DNA of 64,000 nucleotides from the NCBI GenBank assembly GCA_013265495.1, contig MU057776.1, positions 1 to 64,000 of the forward strand. Direction: 5' to 3'. The notes under the pieces are model-generated. The model ran no database searches. It worked only from the letters and a program-made list of their open reading frames with translations, and had not been told where the DNA came from. The translations under genes and the position numbers were made by a program. Positions 25,901 through 50,278 of this stretch are shown one piece after another. Position 1 is the stretch's first letter. Every line of letters starts with the position of its first letter. The DNA is from Vicugna vicugna (Eukaryota).

Positions 25901-28900
25901 GGCAGTGGGGGACCCTGTCCGCCATCACTTCAGCCTGTGGACACAGGGAGAGTGGGCCCAAGGAGACCGTCACAACACACTTCAAAAGGAAAAGGCAAAG
26001 ACAACTTCTTCTTGAGAAACTGTCACATTCACAGCAGCTAAGACAGTAGCATAGCAAAGCCCTCGGGGGCATGACGACCCAGCCTCGGCAATTACTGGCA
26101 TTCTGCCAGCTGTACTTCCTACAGCGCCCACAGGCTTCAGGGGAGGCTGCAGTATTTGAAAGCAAACCCTGGATGTCACACGACATCTGCCGCACTAAAC
26201 ACCACGCTCTGCACCTGGGGAAATCCTCAAGCTATTCAGTGCTGAGGAAACACAGGTGACCCTTGAACAAGACAGCAAGTTAGGGACACCAGCCCTCAGC
26301 ACAGTTGAAAATCTGCACAGAACTTAGGGTTAGCCCTCCATACACACGGTTCCTCCATACCCGTGGTTCCGCACCTGCAGATTCAACCAACCACGGATTG
26401 TGTGGTCCTGGAGTATACATTTATTGGAAAAAATCAGCATAAAAGCGGACCCATGCAGTTCAAACCCACATTCGAGGGACAACTGTACTGATTACATAGT
26501 CCTTAGAAGGCACTCTGTAGGCATTTGGCCTACAATAGTGTTATTCGATGAAAATGATGGTATAAAATTTGTCCCTGATTTTAGCTGAAGTAACCATGAC
26601 ATCACCTTAGCCCTGGAAGACATTCAGGTCGGCCTCAACTCACTGGCTGGAGTTATGAGGAACACCATTTTCCACAGACCTCCTCCTTGCAGGCTAAAGG
26701 GAAGTAGAGACCACTTCTTACTATATCCTGCTCCACCTGGGTTGATGCTTTGGCTGGACATTAGAGGAGGAAACTAAGGAGAAAGACACCTGTCTTTCTA
26801 AGAGAAACCTTTACAGCTAATGGGATGTGTTTTTGCAGGCTTAGCCCAGTAAACACCAGCAGAAACAACGACAAAAGATGTGGACTATGCAGAGACTTCA
26901 GATGCTATCAGGTACACATCTAAAACTGTATTATGTTTAAATTTGTAAAGAGGCAGGCTGAAATAGCTATTCGAGATAGAAAGCTATACAAAATAACGCA
27001 GTGGATTTGAAAAAGAACCAGATAGGATTTCCAGTAACAAAAAGTAGAGTACCAAAACCTGAAGCTCAGTGGAGAGGCTTTATCCTCTATGACAGAGTAG
27101 AATATTGATAAACTGGGAAGGAGACCAGGAGAAAGACTTGGAACATGGCACAACCGTGCTGAAGAGAGGAAGGATGTGGGCACGTGCGAGACGGCCTCCG
27201 AGACATGCACCGTGAGGTCCACAGAGAGGGGATAGGACGTGAGCTGAGCAATCAGTGTCCGAAGGGATCATGACTGAGGATTTTTCCAGCAAAGATGAAA
27301 GATATCAAACCACAGATTCAGAAAGCTCTACAAAATTTTAGTAGAAGAAGTCAAAGGAAATCCATATGGAGACATAGCACAGTAACAGTGCAAAACTTCA
27401 AAGACAATGAGAAAGGCTTTAAAAAATGTGCAGAGAACAGACAGCAACAAACTGATTCTAAAGTTTATTTGGAGAGCAAAAGACCCAGAATAGCCAGCAG
27501 CGTGGAAGGAGATGACCCATGAAAGAAAAAGACAGTACTTTGGACTTCATTAAATCAGAGACTTCTCCTCTGTGAGAGACAGTGTCAAAAGGATAAGATG
27601 ACAAGTCATAGGCTGGGGAAAATACTTGCAAAAGACATCTGATATCCAGAACACACAAAGAATTCTTAAAACTCAACAGCAAGAAAATAGCAGCCCAATT
27701 AAAAAGTGGGCCCAAGACCTCACCAAAGAAGATAAACAGATGGCAAATGAGCAAGAAACAAGATCAACATCATATTTCACTAGGAAGCTGCAAGTTCAAA
27801 CAATGTCACTACACACCTACTAGAATGGCCAAAATCAGAACACTGACGACACCAAGTGTTGGTGAGGATGTGGAACAACAGGAACTCTCATCCACTGCTG
27901 GTGGGAATACAAAATGCTGCACTTTGGAAGAGTGTGAGATGGTCTCAGAGGTGTGTAACCTGAGGTCCACAAGCAAAACTAAACAGTCTTACTGTATGAC
28001 CCAGCAGTCACACTCCTTGGTATTTACCCAATGGAGTTGAAAACCTGCACACAAAAACCTGCACATGGATGTTTATAGCAATTTTACTCGTAACTGCCAA
28101 AATCTGGAAGCAACCAAGATGTCCTTTTGCAGGTGAATGGAGAAACAGTTACATCCAGACAATGGAATATTACTCAGACTTAAAAAAAAAAAAGGTGCTG
28201 TCAGGCCACGAAAAGACATGGAGGAACCTTAAATACACATTGCTAAGTGAAAGAAGCCACTGAGAAAAGGCTGTACACTGTGTGATTCCAACTCTATGAC
28301 ATTCTGGGAAAGGCAAAACTATGGAGACAGTAAAAAGATCAGTGGTTGCCAGGGGTTTGGGGCAGGGAGGGAATAGGATTGACTGGTAAGTGGTTACAGG
28401 GTTTTCCTCGGGGTGATGAAAATATTTTGGAATTAAATAGAGGTTGGTTAGTTAGTTAGCTGCACAGCCCTGTGAATGTACTAAATGCCAAGGAACTGTA
28501 TACATTAAAATGCTTAATTTTATGTTATGTGAATTTCACCTCAGTAAAAAAATAAAAGGATCCTGTGCCACATTGCTATTTCAGAGTTTCATCTTTATTT
28601 AAGATTTTTTACTGTGTCCTACTCTACTTTAAAAAAACCTATCCTGTTCACAAACATTCCTAGAAGTACATGGGGGTGTAAGCGTGGGTATTGTGACTGT
28701 ATTATTTTTAATAGTAAAAATCACAAACATCATAAAATATCCCACAGCAGGTGAACAGCTAAACACAATGCTCTATAATGACTAAAAGCAATAAGCAGAG
28801 CTGTAGTTATCGACACAAGATATCCATGAAATTTTGCTCGGTGACAGAGCAAGTTGTGCAATATTAATCTTAATGATATCATTTCTTTAAAAAATTGTAA

Positions 28901-31900
28901 TCGTGTGTGGGTTTAAGTACCCAGAAATGTGCATGTATATTTATATATGCATATCTTTTTTTCAAGCCCTGGAACATTATACACCAAACAGTTAAAAGTG
29001 GGCCATAGGAACTGGCTGAAGGGAGACTCACTTCCCCCTACGTATTTCTGCATTGCCTTAATTTTTTTTTAATTTGCAACAATCCTATGGTCCAATAAGG
29101 TTATATTTACAGGTACTTGGAGTTAGGACTTACATACTTTTTAAAAACTGAGGTATAATTGATTTACAATATTGTGTTAGTTTCAGGTGTGCAGCACAGT
29201 GATTTGGTGATACACGTGTATATGCATGTACCTACATCCTGGTTTTCAATTCTTTTCCATTATAGGTTATTACAAGATACTGAATATAGTACCTTGTGCT
29301 ATACAGTAAATACTTGTTTGTATCACCTTAAATTTTTACAAGTATGTATTACTTTTCTAATTTAAAAATAAAGAAAAACATTTTCACGGTATTGCTGCTG
29401 TTGTCCTTCCAACATAACACTTTTTAAAATGCCACTTTTCCAGATTACTCCCAGTGAGAAGTGCGTGCGGGAGGGAACTGTCAGCGTGACAACTCACCCA
29501 AAAGGCCTCCTCTGGGATGGGTCTTCGGCAGACAGTGCAGGTGGCAGAGGCAAAGGATCCATGAGCTTCAACCAGCTTTGAGGCAGGGATGCCAGATGCT
29601 GAAATTCAAACCAAAGCTAAGTGCTGCTGCCTGTTGGGGTGAGCACACGGCCCCTTAGCATGACCTCTGGGCTGGGCAGGCCCCCCAGAAGGAGTCACAG
29701 CCCTCAGTGTAAGTGGTACCCTGCCTCTATCACTACAGATGACACTCCCACTCATCAGAATAAGCACAGGCTCCGACATGGAGCCAAATCACAAGTGAGA
29801 CGAAGCCTGTGAAAACACAGCACAAAGGACGTCTGATGTAAGTTCAGATAAAATTACACCCAGTACCAGGAAAACATTTTCTATTCTATAGACACCAAGT
29901 AAAAGTGGGAAAATAACATAAATCCATTTCCAAAATCCTGTGGAAAAACAGGCAAAAGGTAACTTAATCATGGAAGTTCTATTACCACTATCAGCGTTTG
30001 AAAGGCCGTGCACATACAGACCAGTGAACTCCCACTGTCCCCACGACTGTCCTAGCTCACACACACTGCAGCTCACAGCCAGACTCTCCCGCCTCCCCAT
30101 GAGGTGCTCACTGCTGCGCAAGGGGCTCCAGGCTGTAGAACCCTTCTGGCAAATAAACATTTTCCTGGAGTCAAGATAACTCCTTTCTTCAAATCACAAG
30201 ATACCTGCAGCCTGGCTAAGCTGCTGCTGGCTTGCTAGGAGTTGACTGTTAGCACCTGTCAGATTCACTGCACGTAAGAAAAAGCCCCTACAAATGCTTC
30301 TCTGAGATACATGGCCAGAGGTCAGCATGCCCTTTGAATCGCTGGTTGTGGCCACCATCTAGACACAGTCAAGAAGCAATCATACAGCCCATGTGATGAT
30401 CTTAAGGAACTGTCAGTGGTTCCTCTGTGTGCTAGTGACGTCATGGTTGTGTTTTAGAGCCCTTTTGCTGTCTTTACAGATTAAGTTTATGATGAGAGGG
30501 ACATGCGTCAAAGTAGCTAGGGGTGAGAGAGAAGGTAGGAGTCAGACACAGACTAAACAAGGACAGGCCATGGTGCGGTGATGAGGACATGAGGGCTCAT
30601 GACAGTCCTCGCTTTCTTTCTGTGTGCTCAGAAAATTCCATAATGAAAATTTTAAAAAAGAAATCATCAGATCAGATCAGCAAAACTAGAAGCTTCTAAT
30701 GTCAACCCTGGTCCTATTCAAAACTCACAGCCCAGAAGAATGAGGCCCCGACACTGATACTCTGGGCATTTTTGTTGGGGACAGAGGCATAAGTTTTGGG
30801 CTTGAAACCAGTCATAAGCATGGGGACTAAGCGCGGGGCCGCAGCCCTGTGCAGAAGCAGGCGCCCACACCCCTCGCAGGACAGAGAGGAGGGCTGGAGG
30901 CAGGCCTCACCTCTCTCAAGCCCGTCGATGTTCTGGGTATACAGCCGCAGAAGCAGCCCCTTCTCGTGAAGCAGTCGGAGGAAGTAGTGCGTGGCATTGG
31001 GCCTGTAGTTCCCAGGGTACAGCTCCTTGGCAAAGGTGAAAAATGGCTTGGGATCTTGAAAGAAAAATGCGAGCTCGAAAATGGCCTCGGGGTAGGGGAC
31101 CTTGTACTGTTGCAGCCTGCTGTAGTAGCCAGTCCCTGGAGACCTGCAGAGGGAAGCAACAGGCTCTGAGCCCTTCAGAAGAGAGCAGGCAGGTGGAGAA
31201 AACCGCCACAGCGGGGGAGGAGCGCACGCGGAGGTGACGGGGTTGCTGCAAGCACCTGAAGTCTGGAATGCCGCTGGGCGTGCTGATGCCGGCCCCCACC
31301 ATGGCCACCACCCTCCGGCAGGCTCCAGTTTTGATCAGCTCAGCCACGTCCTGCAGGAGGAGCTTCTGCTCGCTGCTGCCTCCACTTCCAGAGATGCTTG
31401 AGGCACCAGCAGAAGAAGATACGGGCCTTCTTCCACCTGTAACACTGGCAGAAAAAGGAGAGTGGCCTGGTAACCGAGGATGATCGAGCTCGTGCCAGCA
31501 AGAATGAGCAAGGTCTGCCCTACCCCACCCCCAGCACTGAGAACGACCACACACTTCCCTCCTGCCCCACAAACCACCAACTATCTCCTCATGGCTGACA
31601 ACTAGGATAAAACAGAAAGCACTCTCAACCCAGAAATCAAGAGGAACTTGGAGTACTTGGGAGGAAAATGTCAAGTGAATGGGAACCGTGCAAATAAGGA
31701 AAGTATCATTTCACAGTTCTCGTTATCGAAGGCCAGTGCTGAAGGCTCCAGCCAGAGCCAAGGGCATCCCTTTGTGGGGGCTCTGGGGGTGCTCTCTGCA
31801 GAGCCATACACCCTAACATACCTAGGACATGACAAATACTTAGTGACATTTAAAGAAAGTTACATCAAATATCACCAGGATGAAGAGTGGGTTCAAGAGA

Positions 31901-34900
31901 CCATTCCAGAAAGAAACACTCATATCCTGACAGCTAGGGATTCGAACTGCGGCAGAGACTTCATCTTCAATATTCACGGCCTTTTAGGAGGCTGCACGTA
32001 TCACGTGACAGCCAAAGAAATCACATAACCTGGGCAAAGCAGTGGGCAGACTGGAGCTCGGGGGTCTCTCTGCAAAACTCCAGAAGGCTTCTCAGGTCAT
32101 CTCCAGAAGCCAGGAGCCGAGACACTCACAGCAAGGTGAACTGTTAGGAGTATGAGACAGTCTTCCACAGGGAAAAAGAGAAAGACACACAATAAACAAG
32201 TCACAGGCTTCAGAGTTGCACCACGACTCTGTAACTGACAACACCCAGGGAACACTGAGGAGGAAACAAAGGCGACACAAGCAGTGCACAGCCTGGAGCA
32301 GCACCTGCAACGTCCCACTGCAGTGAGTCTGCAACTGTGGGCTGAGCAGGCACGAAAGGCCCTCTGGGTTTACAGATTCGCTCTCTGGGCCCTCACCTGG
32401 CATGGGATCGAGAGGCACTTCTTCACCGCCTGGTATCACACTGCCAACTCACCCAGAGTTCAAGACTGCCAGCCCCACCACACAGGGCGCCTTCCTCACA
32501 CCTCAAGGGCTGGTGGCCACCACATCTGTCTTCCAGGAGAAGACACTCCTCCAGAACACCGGACCTCGGTATAGAACCTTCTGCCCTGACAGGAAAAGAG
32601 ACTCAAAGACCTGAACTGACACCCCTCCCCAAATGGCTGACACACCTAAAATGAACACAGACATAAAACTAGGGTACAGAGTATTTCTTTTACTCATTTG
32701 TGATACAGAAGTAAGCACCCTAGAAGCACAACTTTAGATACGTCAGGACAATTCAGAGCTCATCTTCTAGGACTGTGATCCTAACTCACTCTCTTGCTTG
32801 CTCCTCGTCTTTGGTTTTTCTTTTGCTCTTAGAAAACAAACTAATGTTGCAAAATCTGCACATACCACCCTGCTTACACACTGGTGCTGAGGTCTCCCCT
32901 AAGCCCTCTGCCCTCCATAGCACCCTGACACCTTAGCACAACATACCACACCCCAGCGACAGTCAACCTGCTCCTCCGTGTCATATACCCTCCCTTCCTG
33001 GTCCTTGTATACACCCTACACCTGGCTCCTTCTGCCTGAAAAGAACTTTCTCCACCCCAGCATGTCCAAATCTCCCAGAGTTAAGGCCAGGATCGGTGCC
33101 ACCTCCTTCAGGAAGCCACCCTGAATCTAGTGAGAAGCCCTCCTCTCTCCTCCTGTGGAAGGTGACAGTACTGGCTCCCTCCCCCTTTGAGGGTGCCTGT
33201 CACCCCTTCCCTTCCTGCCCCTGCACAGCTGCGTCTCACACTCCACCCTGGGGTCAGCAATGGTGCAACTCAGGGGCTAGCTGGCCGCTCAGTCCACTCG
33301 TGATGCCTCTCCTGCCAAAGTATCATCTTGGGTTTCCGAAGTACAGACCTTGGAAAGGTGTGTAATGAGGAAGAGGAACGTGGCTAGGGAAGGCGTGTGT
33401 GCAGGGCCGAGGGCACCACAAGGAGAGGCAGAGCCCTAGCTCACTGCCTGTCTCACCAAGTCGCTCAAACACCCTGAGCCTCAGCTGCTGAAGCCAAATC
33501 AAGGGAGTGAGAGATGGTTCTTATAGCCTTTTGAAAAGATCTATAGCTGTGAACCTCCCACCTGAAAGTACAGGAAATACAGGCAGCAGGGAAAACACTG
33601 TTTCCCGACTCCTCCCCATGCTCTTGGGGAGATGCCCACAGACTCTGAAGAGAATTCTGCTGCATCAAAGACTTGCATAAAAGCACCCATCATGGCGTCT
33701 CTTCTGAGTGCAAGTCGATGAGATCTCCAAAGGGGGTTTTCCAATGAAAACTGGTCAGCTGGTTAGGAAAGAAAGAGAACGCTCTGGTTCCAACTACAGC
33801 TATTAAATGCCCCACCTCACACAGCATTAAGAACTTCCATTTACTGAACTCCTCCCAAATGCAAATTATGATGAGAAATACAAAAGGAATGAGAGTAGTT
33901 GTTTTTTATTTTTTATAGAGGGGAATAAGGTTCACAGGAAACATCTGACTCAGATACCTGCAACTCTGGTAAGCAGCACCACATACTGGAGGGCCACCCA
34001 CCTGCATGTGAGAACGCTGAGACGCTCAAAGCTTTTTCTTTCTTTTTTTAAATGAAGTTATTGGGGATTGAACCCAGGACTTCGTGCATGCTAAGCATGC
34101 ACTCTACCACTGAGCTACACCCTTCCCCATAGAAGAAAGTTGTGACATTGTGATTTATAATAAATATATATTTTGGCCTTTGTCCCAAAACCCTTGCATT
34201 TTCCTAAGAGCAATGGGAGCATCTTTTTACAACATTGGGTCTTTTGGCCTCAGTTCCTGAAATCCCTTCAGAGCCAGGAAGTGAAATGGGTGTCTTGTTA
34301 TCCGTAACAAGTCTCCCACGACCACGCGGAGTCTGTGTTAATGAGGTGACTCTAGAAAATCCCCCAAGGATGGGGGTATGGTGGCCAGGGGAACCACCCA
34401 TGATTAGAGGGGTGGAGCCTCCATGAAAACCCATAAAGGGGGGTCGTTCAGAGAGCTTCCAGGTTGGTGAACCAGAAAGGGTCCACATGCCAGACTCCAC
34501 CCCCCACAGGGGACATGCCTATGTTCAGAACCTCCCCCTGTGTTTCTTCATCTGGATGTTGATTTGTATCCTTTAATATCCTCTGTAATAAACCAGTAAT
34601 CTAGTAAGCAAATTGCTTTCTGAGTTCTGTGGGCCCTTCTAGTAAATTAATCAAACCAGAGAAGGGGGTCATGGGAACCTCCGATTTTTAGTCGGTTGGT
34701 TAGAAGCACAGGTGACAACCTGGGTTGGCATCTGAAGTGGGGGCCGTCTCGTGGGACTGAGCCCTTGGCCTGTGGAGTCTGGTGCAATCTCCAGGCAAGC
34801 AGTTAGAATTCAGTTAAATTTGATACCCAGTCAGTGTCTGTGGAAAAGTGAAGAACTGCTTGCTGGTGTTGGAAAAAACACCACGTTGTAGAAGTTACCA

Positions 34901-36255
34901 CCACACTGAGTGCCGACTTGGGTGACAATGTTACTAATACAAGGTGTTACTCAGGGTACTCCTTGCATTTCTCATCTACATAAGATACTTGTCACTGAAT
35001 TTTACCAGATGTCAAGACTATATTGAAGGTGAAGGTGATAAAGTATGTGCTACTGGTAGTAGGGGACTTGAGAAGCAATCATGCAAGCTGCTTGGAAAAT
35101 GGAAACAAAGGGTAATGTCATGGAAGAGCCCTAAAATACTCAAAAGGCAGAAATTCCAAACTGCAGACAGCCCATGCAAACTGACTGCTCCTCACTGACA
35201 CCCCCTTGCCTCCTGTTTTGGGGGCGAGTGGTAGCAAGGATTTACTGAATGACAGTGGGGCCGTGAGCAGCACCTGGTAGACCAGGTCACTGTTTATCCC
35301 ACATCCCACTCACAACTGCCTGCAGATTCTGAAACTGGAGTGACGCCACAGAGGCAAGCCCTGGTCTGGCCCCTGCTTCGTCCTCATACCTAGTACAGTC
35401 TGGCAGACAGTGAGGTCAGTAAGTTTCTTGGTATCTCTTTATTAAACTCTTCAATATTTTTGATAGCTGTGTAAGAACGCATTAAGTGAACATACCACTG
35501 TTTACTTAAATAATTGTCCATTACTGGTCATTTCAGTTACTTTCCTAACAACTATGGGCCTTAAGATTTTTCCATTTGTAGGTTCAGTTCCTAGGGAAGG
35601 ATTCCAAAATGTGCAGTTACTGTGTAGACGCCGGCAGGAGTAGTAATTGCACAACCTTTATGGGGGACAATAGAAATGGAGACGCAGGAGTTCCACTACC
35701 AGAAATTTATCCAAAAAGGAAGGTACAAACAAGGTTACTGAACACAGCATTATCTGTAATAACTAAAGATCAGAAGCTATTTCAACAAGAAAACGGTTAA
35801 AGTATGAGACATCCATATAATGGAATTCTACAATCAGAATAATTCTAAGAGTGAGAAAGCATTTATGTTTAGAAATGGGAGTAACTCCAACACATGTTAA
35901 GTAAAAACGGCAACGCACAGAACAGAACCTCACTACACGCTCACACACGTCCAAACGACCCGTGAGAAGAAACGGAAACCGACGCCACCAGTGCCTGCAG
36001 AACAGCCCTCCGAGCCGCGCGTGCAGGACCTCGCCAGTTTGAGCTTCTCCCACCGCCCCGCGGACCGCGCAGGGGCAGCTCGACTGCAGCGCTCCCCGGA
36101 GAGGGTCGGTCTCCGACCTGGGCCCCGCCCGGCCCGGCCCGGCCCGCCCCGCCGTCGCCACCCGGAACGAACCGAGGCCGGCCGGTCCAGGACCGCGCAC
36201 CTCCCAGGCCCCAAAGCCTGAGGGCGGGAACAGCGGCACGAGCCCACAGCGCCAT
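22936..36255 (-). CDS. SIRT3: Mitochondrial NAD-dependent deacetylase sirtuin-3, 320 aa, 7 coding exons
   Basis: Exons 36255-36201, 31436-31256, 31143-30911, 29598-29498, 25934-25773, 24696-24487, 22956-22936 (963 nt). [25 protein letters not shown]...[14 protein letters not shown]...TQNIDGLE...EAHGS...CTVC...CPVC...KPDIVFFGE...GTSLEVEPFA...LDGWDT*. Catalytic His and the four Zn cysteines are intact. Short-isoform Met at 31302. Minus-strand AATAAA at 22453-22458. The exon 1 junction is less certain than the core. Confidence 0.95.
26253..26485. mobile_element. Tigger3/MER7-type TcMar DNA transposon remnant
   Basis: Degenerate terminal inverted repeats 'caggtgacccttgaac...' and '...ttcgagggacaactg', followed by TA. 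Confidence 0.7.
26850..28555 (+). mobile_element. Old LINE-1 fragments (ORF1-like, ORF2 3' part, 3' UTR) in SIRT3 intron 4
   Basis: 'aaagatatcaaaccacagattcag', 'ggacttcattaaa...acttctcctctgtgagagacagtgtcaaaagg', 'atggaatattactcag', ending in an A-rich tail near 28550. Confidence 0.85.
29140..29320 (-). mobile_element. LINE-1 3' end, cetartiodactyl type
   Basis: 'gaggtataattgatttacaatattgtgttagtttcaggtgtgcagcacagtgatt...ttattacaagatactgaatatagtaccttgtgctatacagta'. Confidence 0.75.
34033..34128 (-). mobile_element. tRNA-Ala-derived SINE (camelid Vic-1-like)
   Basis: The minus strand reads ggggaagggtgtagctcagtggtagagtgcatgcttagcatgcacgaagtcctgggttcaatcccc followed by an A-rich tail. Pol III A and B boxes are present. 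Confidence 0.8.
34141..34895 (+). mobile_element. ERVL-class solo LTR, MER21-like, in SIRT3 intron 1
   Basis: Starts with TG, has an internal AATAAA, and contains 'tgagttctgtgggcccttctagtaaattaatc...gaagcacaggtgacaacctggg...gtgggactgagccct', typical of MER21. Confidence 0.7.
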
Positions 36256-36402
36256 GTTCCTCCGCCGCCCGCGGGCGTCTGGGTCCCCAAAGGTCACGAC
36301 CCACCAAGTCCTCGCCCTGCTCGCAGCGCGCTCCGCCCCGCCCCTGGCGCGCTCCGCCCCCGCCCCCGCCCCCGGCGGACCCTGGCCTGTCGCTCCAGCT
36401 CT

Positions 36403-36497
36403 TAACCAGCCCGGGCCAACCAAGTGGAGGTGGACGCTAGGTGGGGGAGATAACCAGCCCGGGCCAACCAGGTGGAGGTGGACGCTAGGTGGGGGAG
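36403..36497 (+). repeat. 48-bp tandem duplication (2 copies, 1 internal mismatch)
   Basis: taaccagcccgggccaacca(a/g)gtggaggtggacgctaggtgggggag starting at 36403 and at 36451. Confidence 0.95.
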
Positions 36498-36597
36498 GTT
36501 TTCCAGTCTCTCGAGCTCCGGCCTCTCGTCCCGGAGACCAAACCAGGAGCCTTCATTTCTCTACCCTCGCTCCCCACTTTTCTCAGTTGAGATGGCG

Positions 36598-36742
36598 ATG
36601 ATAACTAACACTTTGGGAGCACTTACTATGGTCAGGCATCATATTTACACTTAGTCCTCGCAGACACTACGAGGAAAGTACTATTGTTATCATCCCCAAT
36701 TGAGACGAGAAACATTGGGTCACAAAGGCCGAGGCCACGCAG
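36598..36742. mobile_element. MIR SINE remnant inside the bidirectional promoter
   Basis: 'ataactaacactttgggagcacttactatggtcaggca...tactattgttatcatccccaattgagacgagaaacattggg' matches the MIR core pattern. Confidence 0.65.
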
Positions 36743-36913
36743 CCGGTCGACGGCCGGGTCGACCCAGGAACTCGAACGACTCAACGGCACGGCCAGCTGG
36801 AGGGAAATCTTGGTCGAAACCCAGAGGCGCGGTTACCAAGACAACCAGCGGCCCCACCCCGGCACCACTCCCGGCCTGCCCCGCGCGACGTGGCGCCGGC
36901 CGGAAATGAGTGA

Positions 36914-49470
<12,557 letters not shown>

Positions 49471-50278
49471 TCTCCTGGTCCTGACCTGTCTGTGGAGACG
49501 TGTTTCATGGCCGATGAATCTGGCAGTTGAGAAGATCTGAGTTCGGTTGGGGGTGGGGGTTGGGATTCAGTCTGGAGTAGAGACTGTTCTTCTTGTTCTG
49601 AAAGCAGGACCGTCATTTATGGGGGGCCCAGCCACAGCCAGAAGCCTCCTTTGTGGATGTCACTGTAGCCTGCAGTGGGAAGGGGTCACTGGGTCTCGGG
49701 TGATGAGGCAGGCAGAAGTGTGTGGGTGCCCCTAGGAGTCAGAAGGAGTAGCCCTAGTGTGGAGAGTGCCCACTCCAGGGCTGGTCTCCACCGCATCCAC
49801 CTGTGTGAACATCTTTTCCAGTGTGGTTTGAGTATGTGTCTGTAATAAATGCCTTGCTCTGTGCTTTTTGGGGTTCTGTTTTCTTAGGCTTAGCTTCCAG
49901 GTCAGCGGGGGATGGCACCTAGGGAGGGCTTGGTGGAAATTTGGCCTGGGTTCCCTGCTCCTCTACCCTGAGGGAAGGGCAGCCATGCCCACTGGGGACA
50001 AGGGCAGAGCCAGCACAGAGGGCGGTGGGCACGGCCGCCAAGGACATGAGTCCTGTCCTAGTCGTCACTCAGATGTGATGTCTGTTGCCTCTGAAGGAGT
50101 CCGCCACCCAGCCAACAGCCTGAGTGCCCAGTGCTGACTGGAGCCAGCCCTCAGACTGCCCAGTGCTGGGCATTGGGGCAGAGGGTGCACATACACAAAG
50201 AATTACCAAGAGAACATTAGGTGGAAGGAGGGGTTTAATACAATCTGATCTGAGCCTGGAGCAGCGGTGGTAGCGCCT

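Noticed and set aside
34060..34128. Functional tRNA-Ala gene
   Set aside because: The acceptor stem is degraded, it has an A-rich tail and a related copy has a TSD: it is a SINE.
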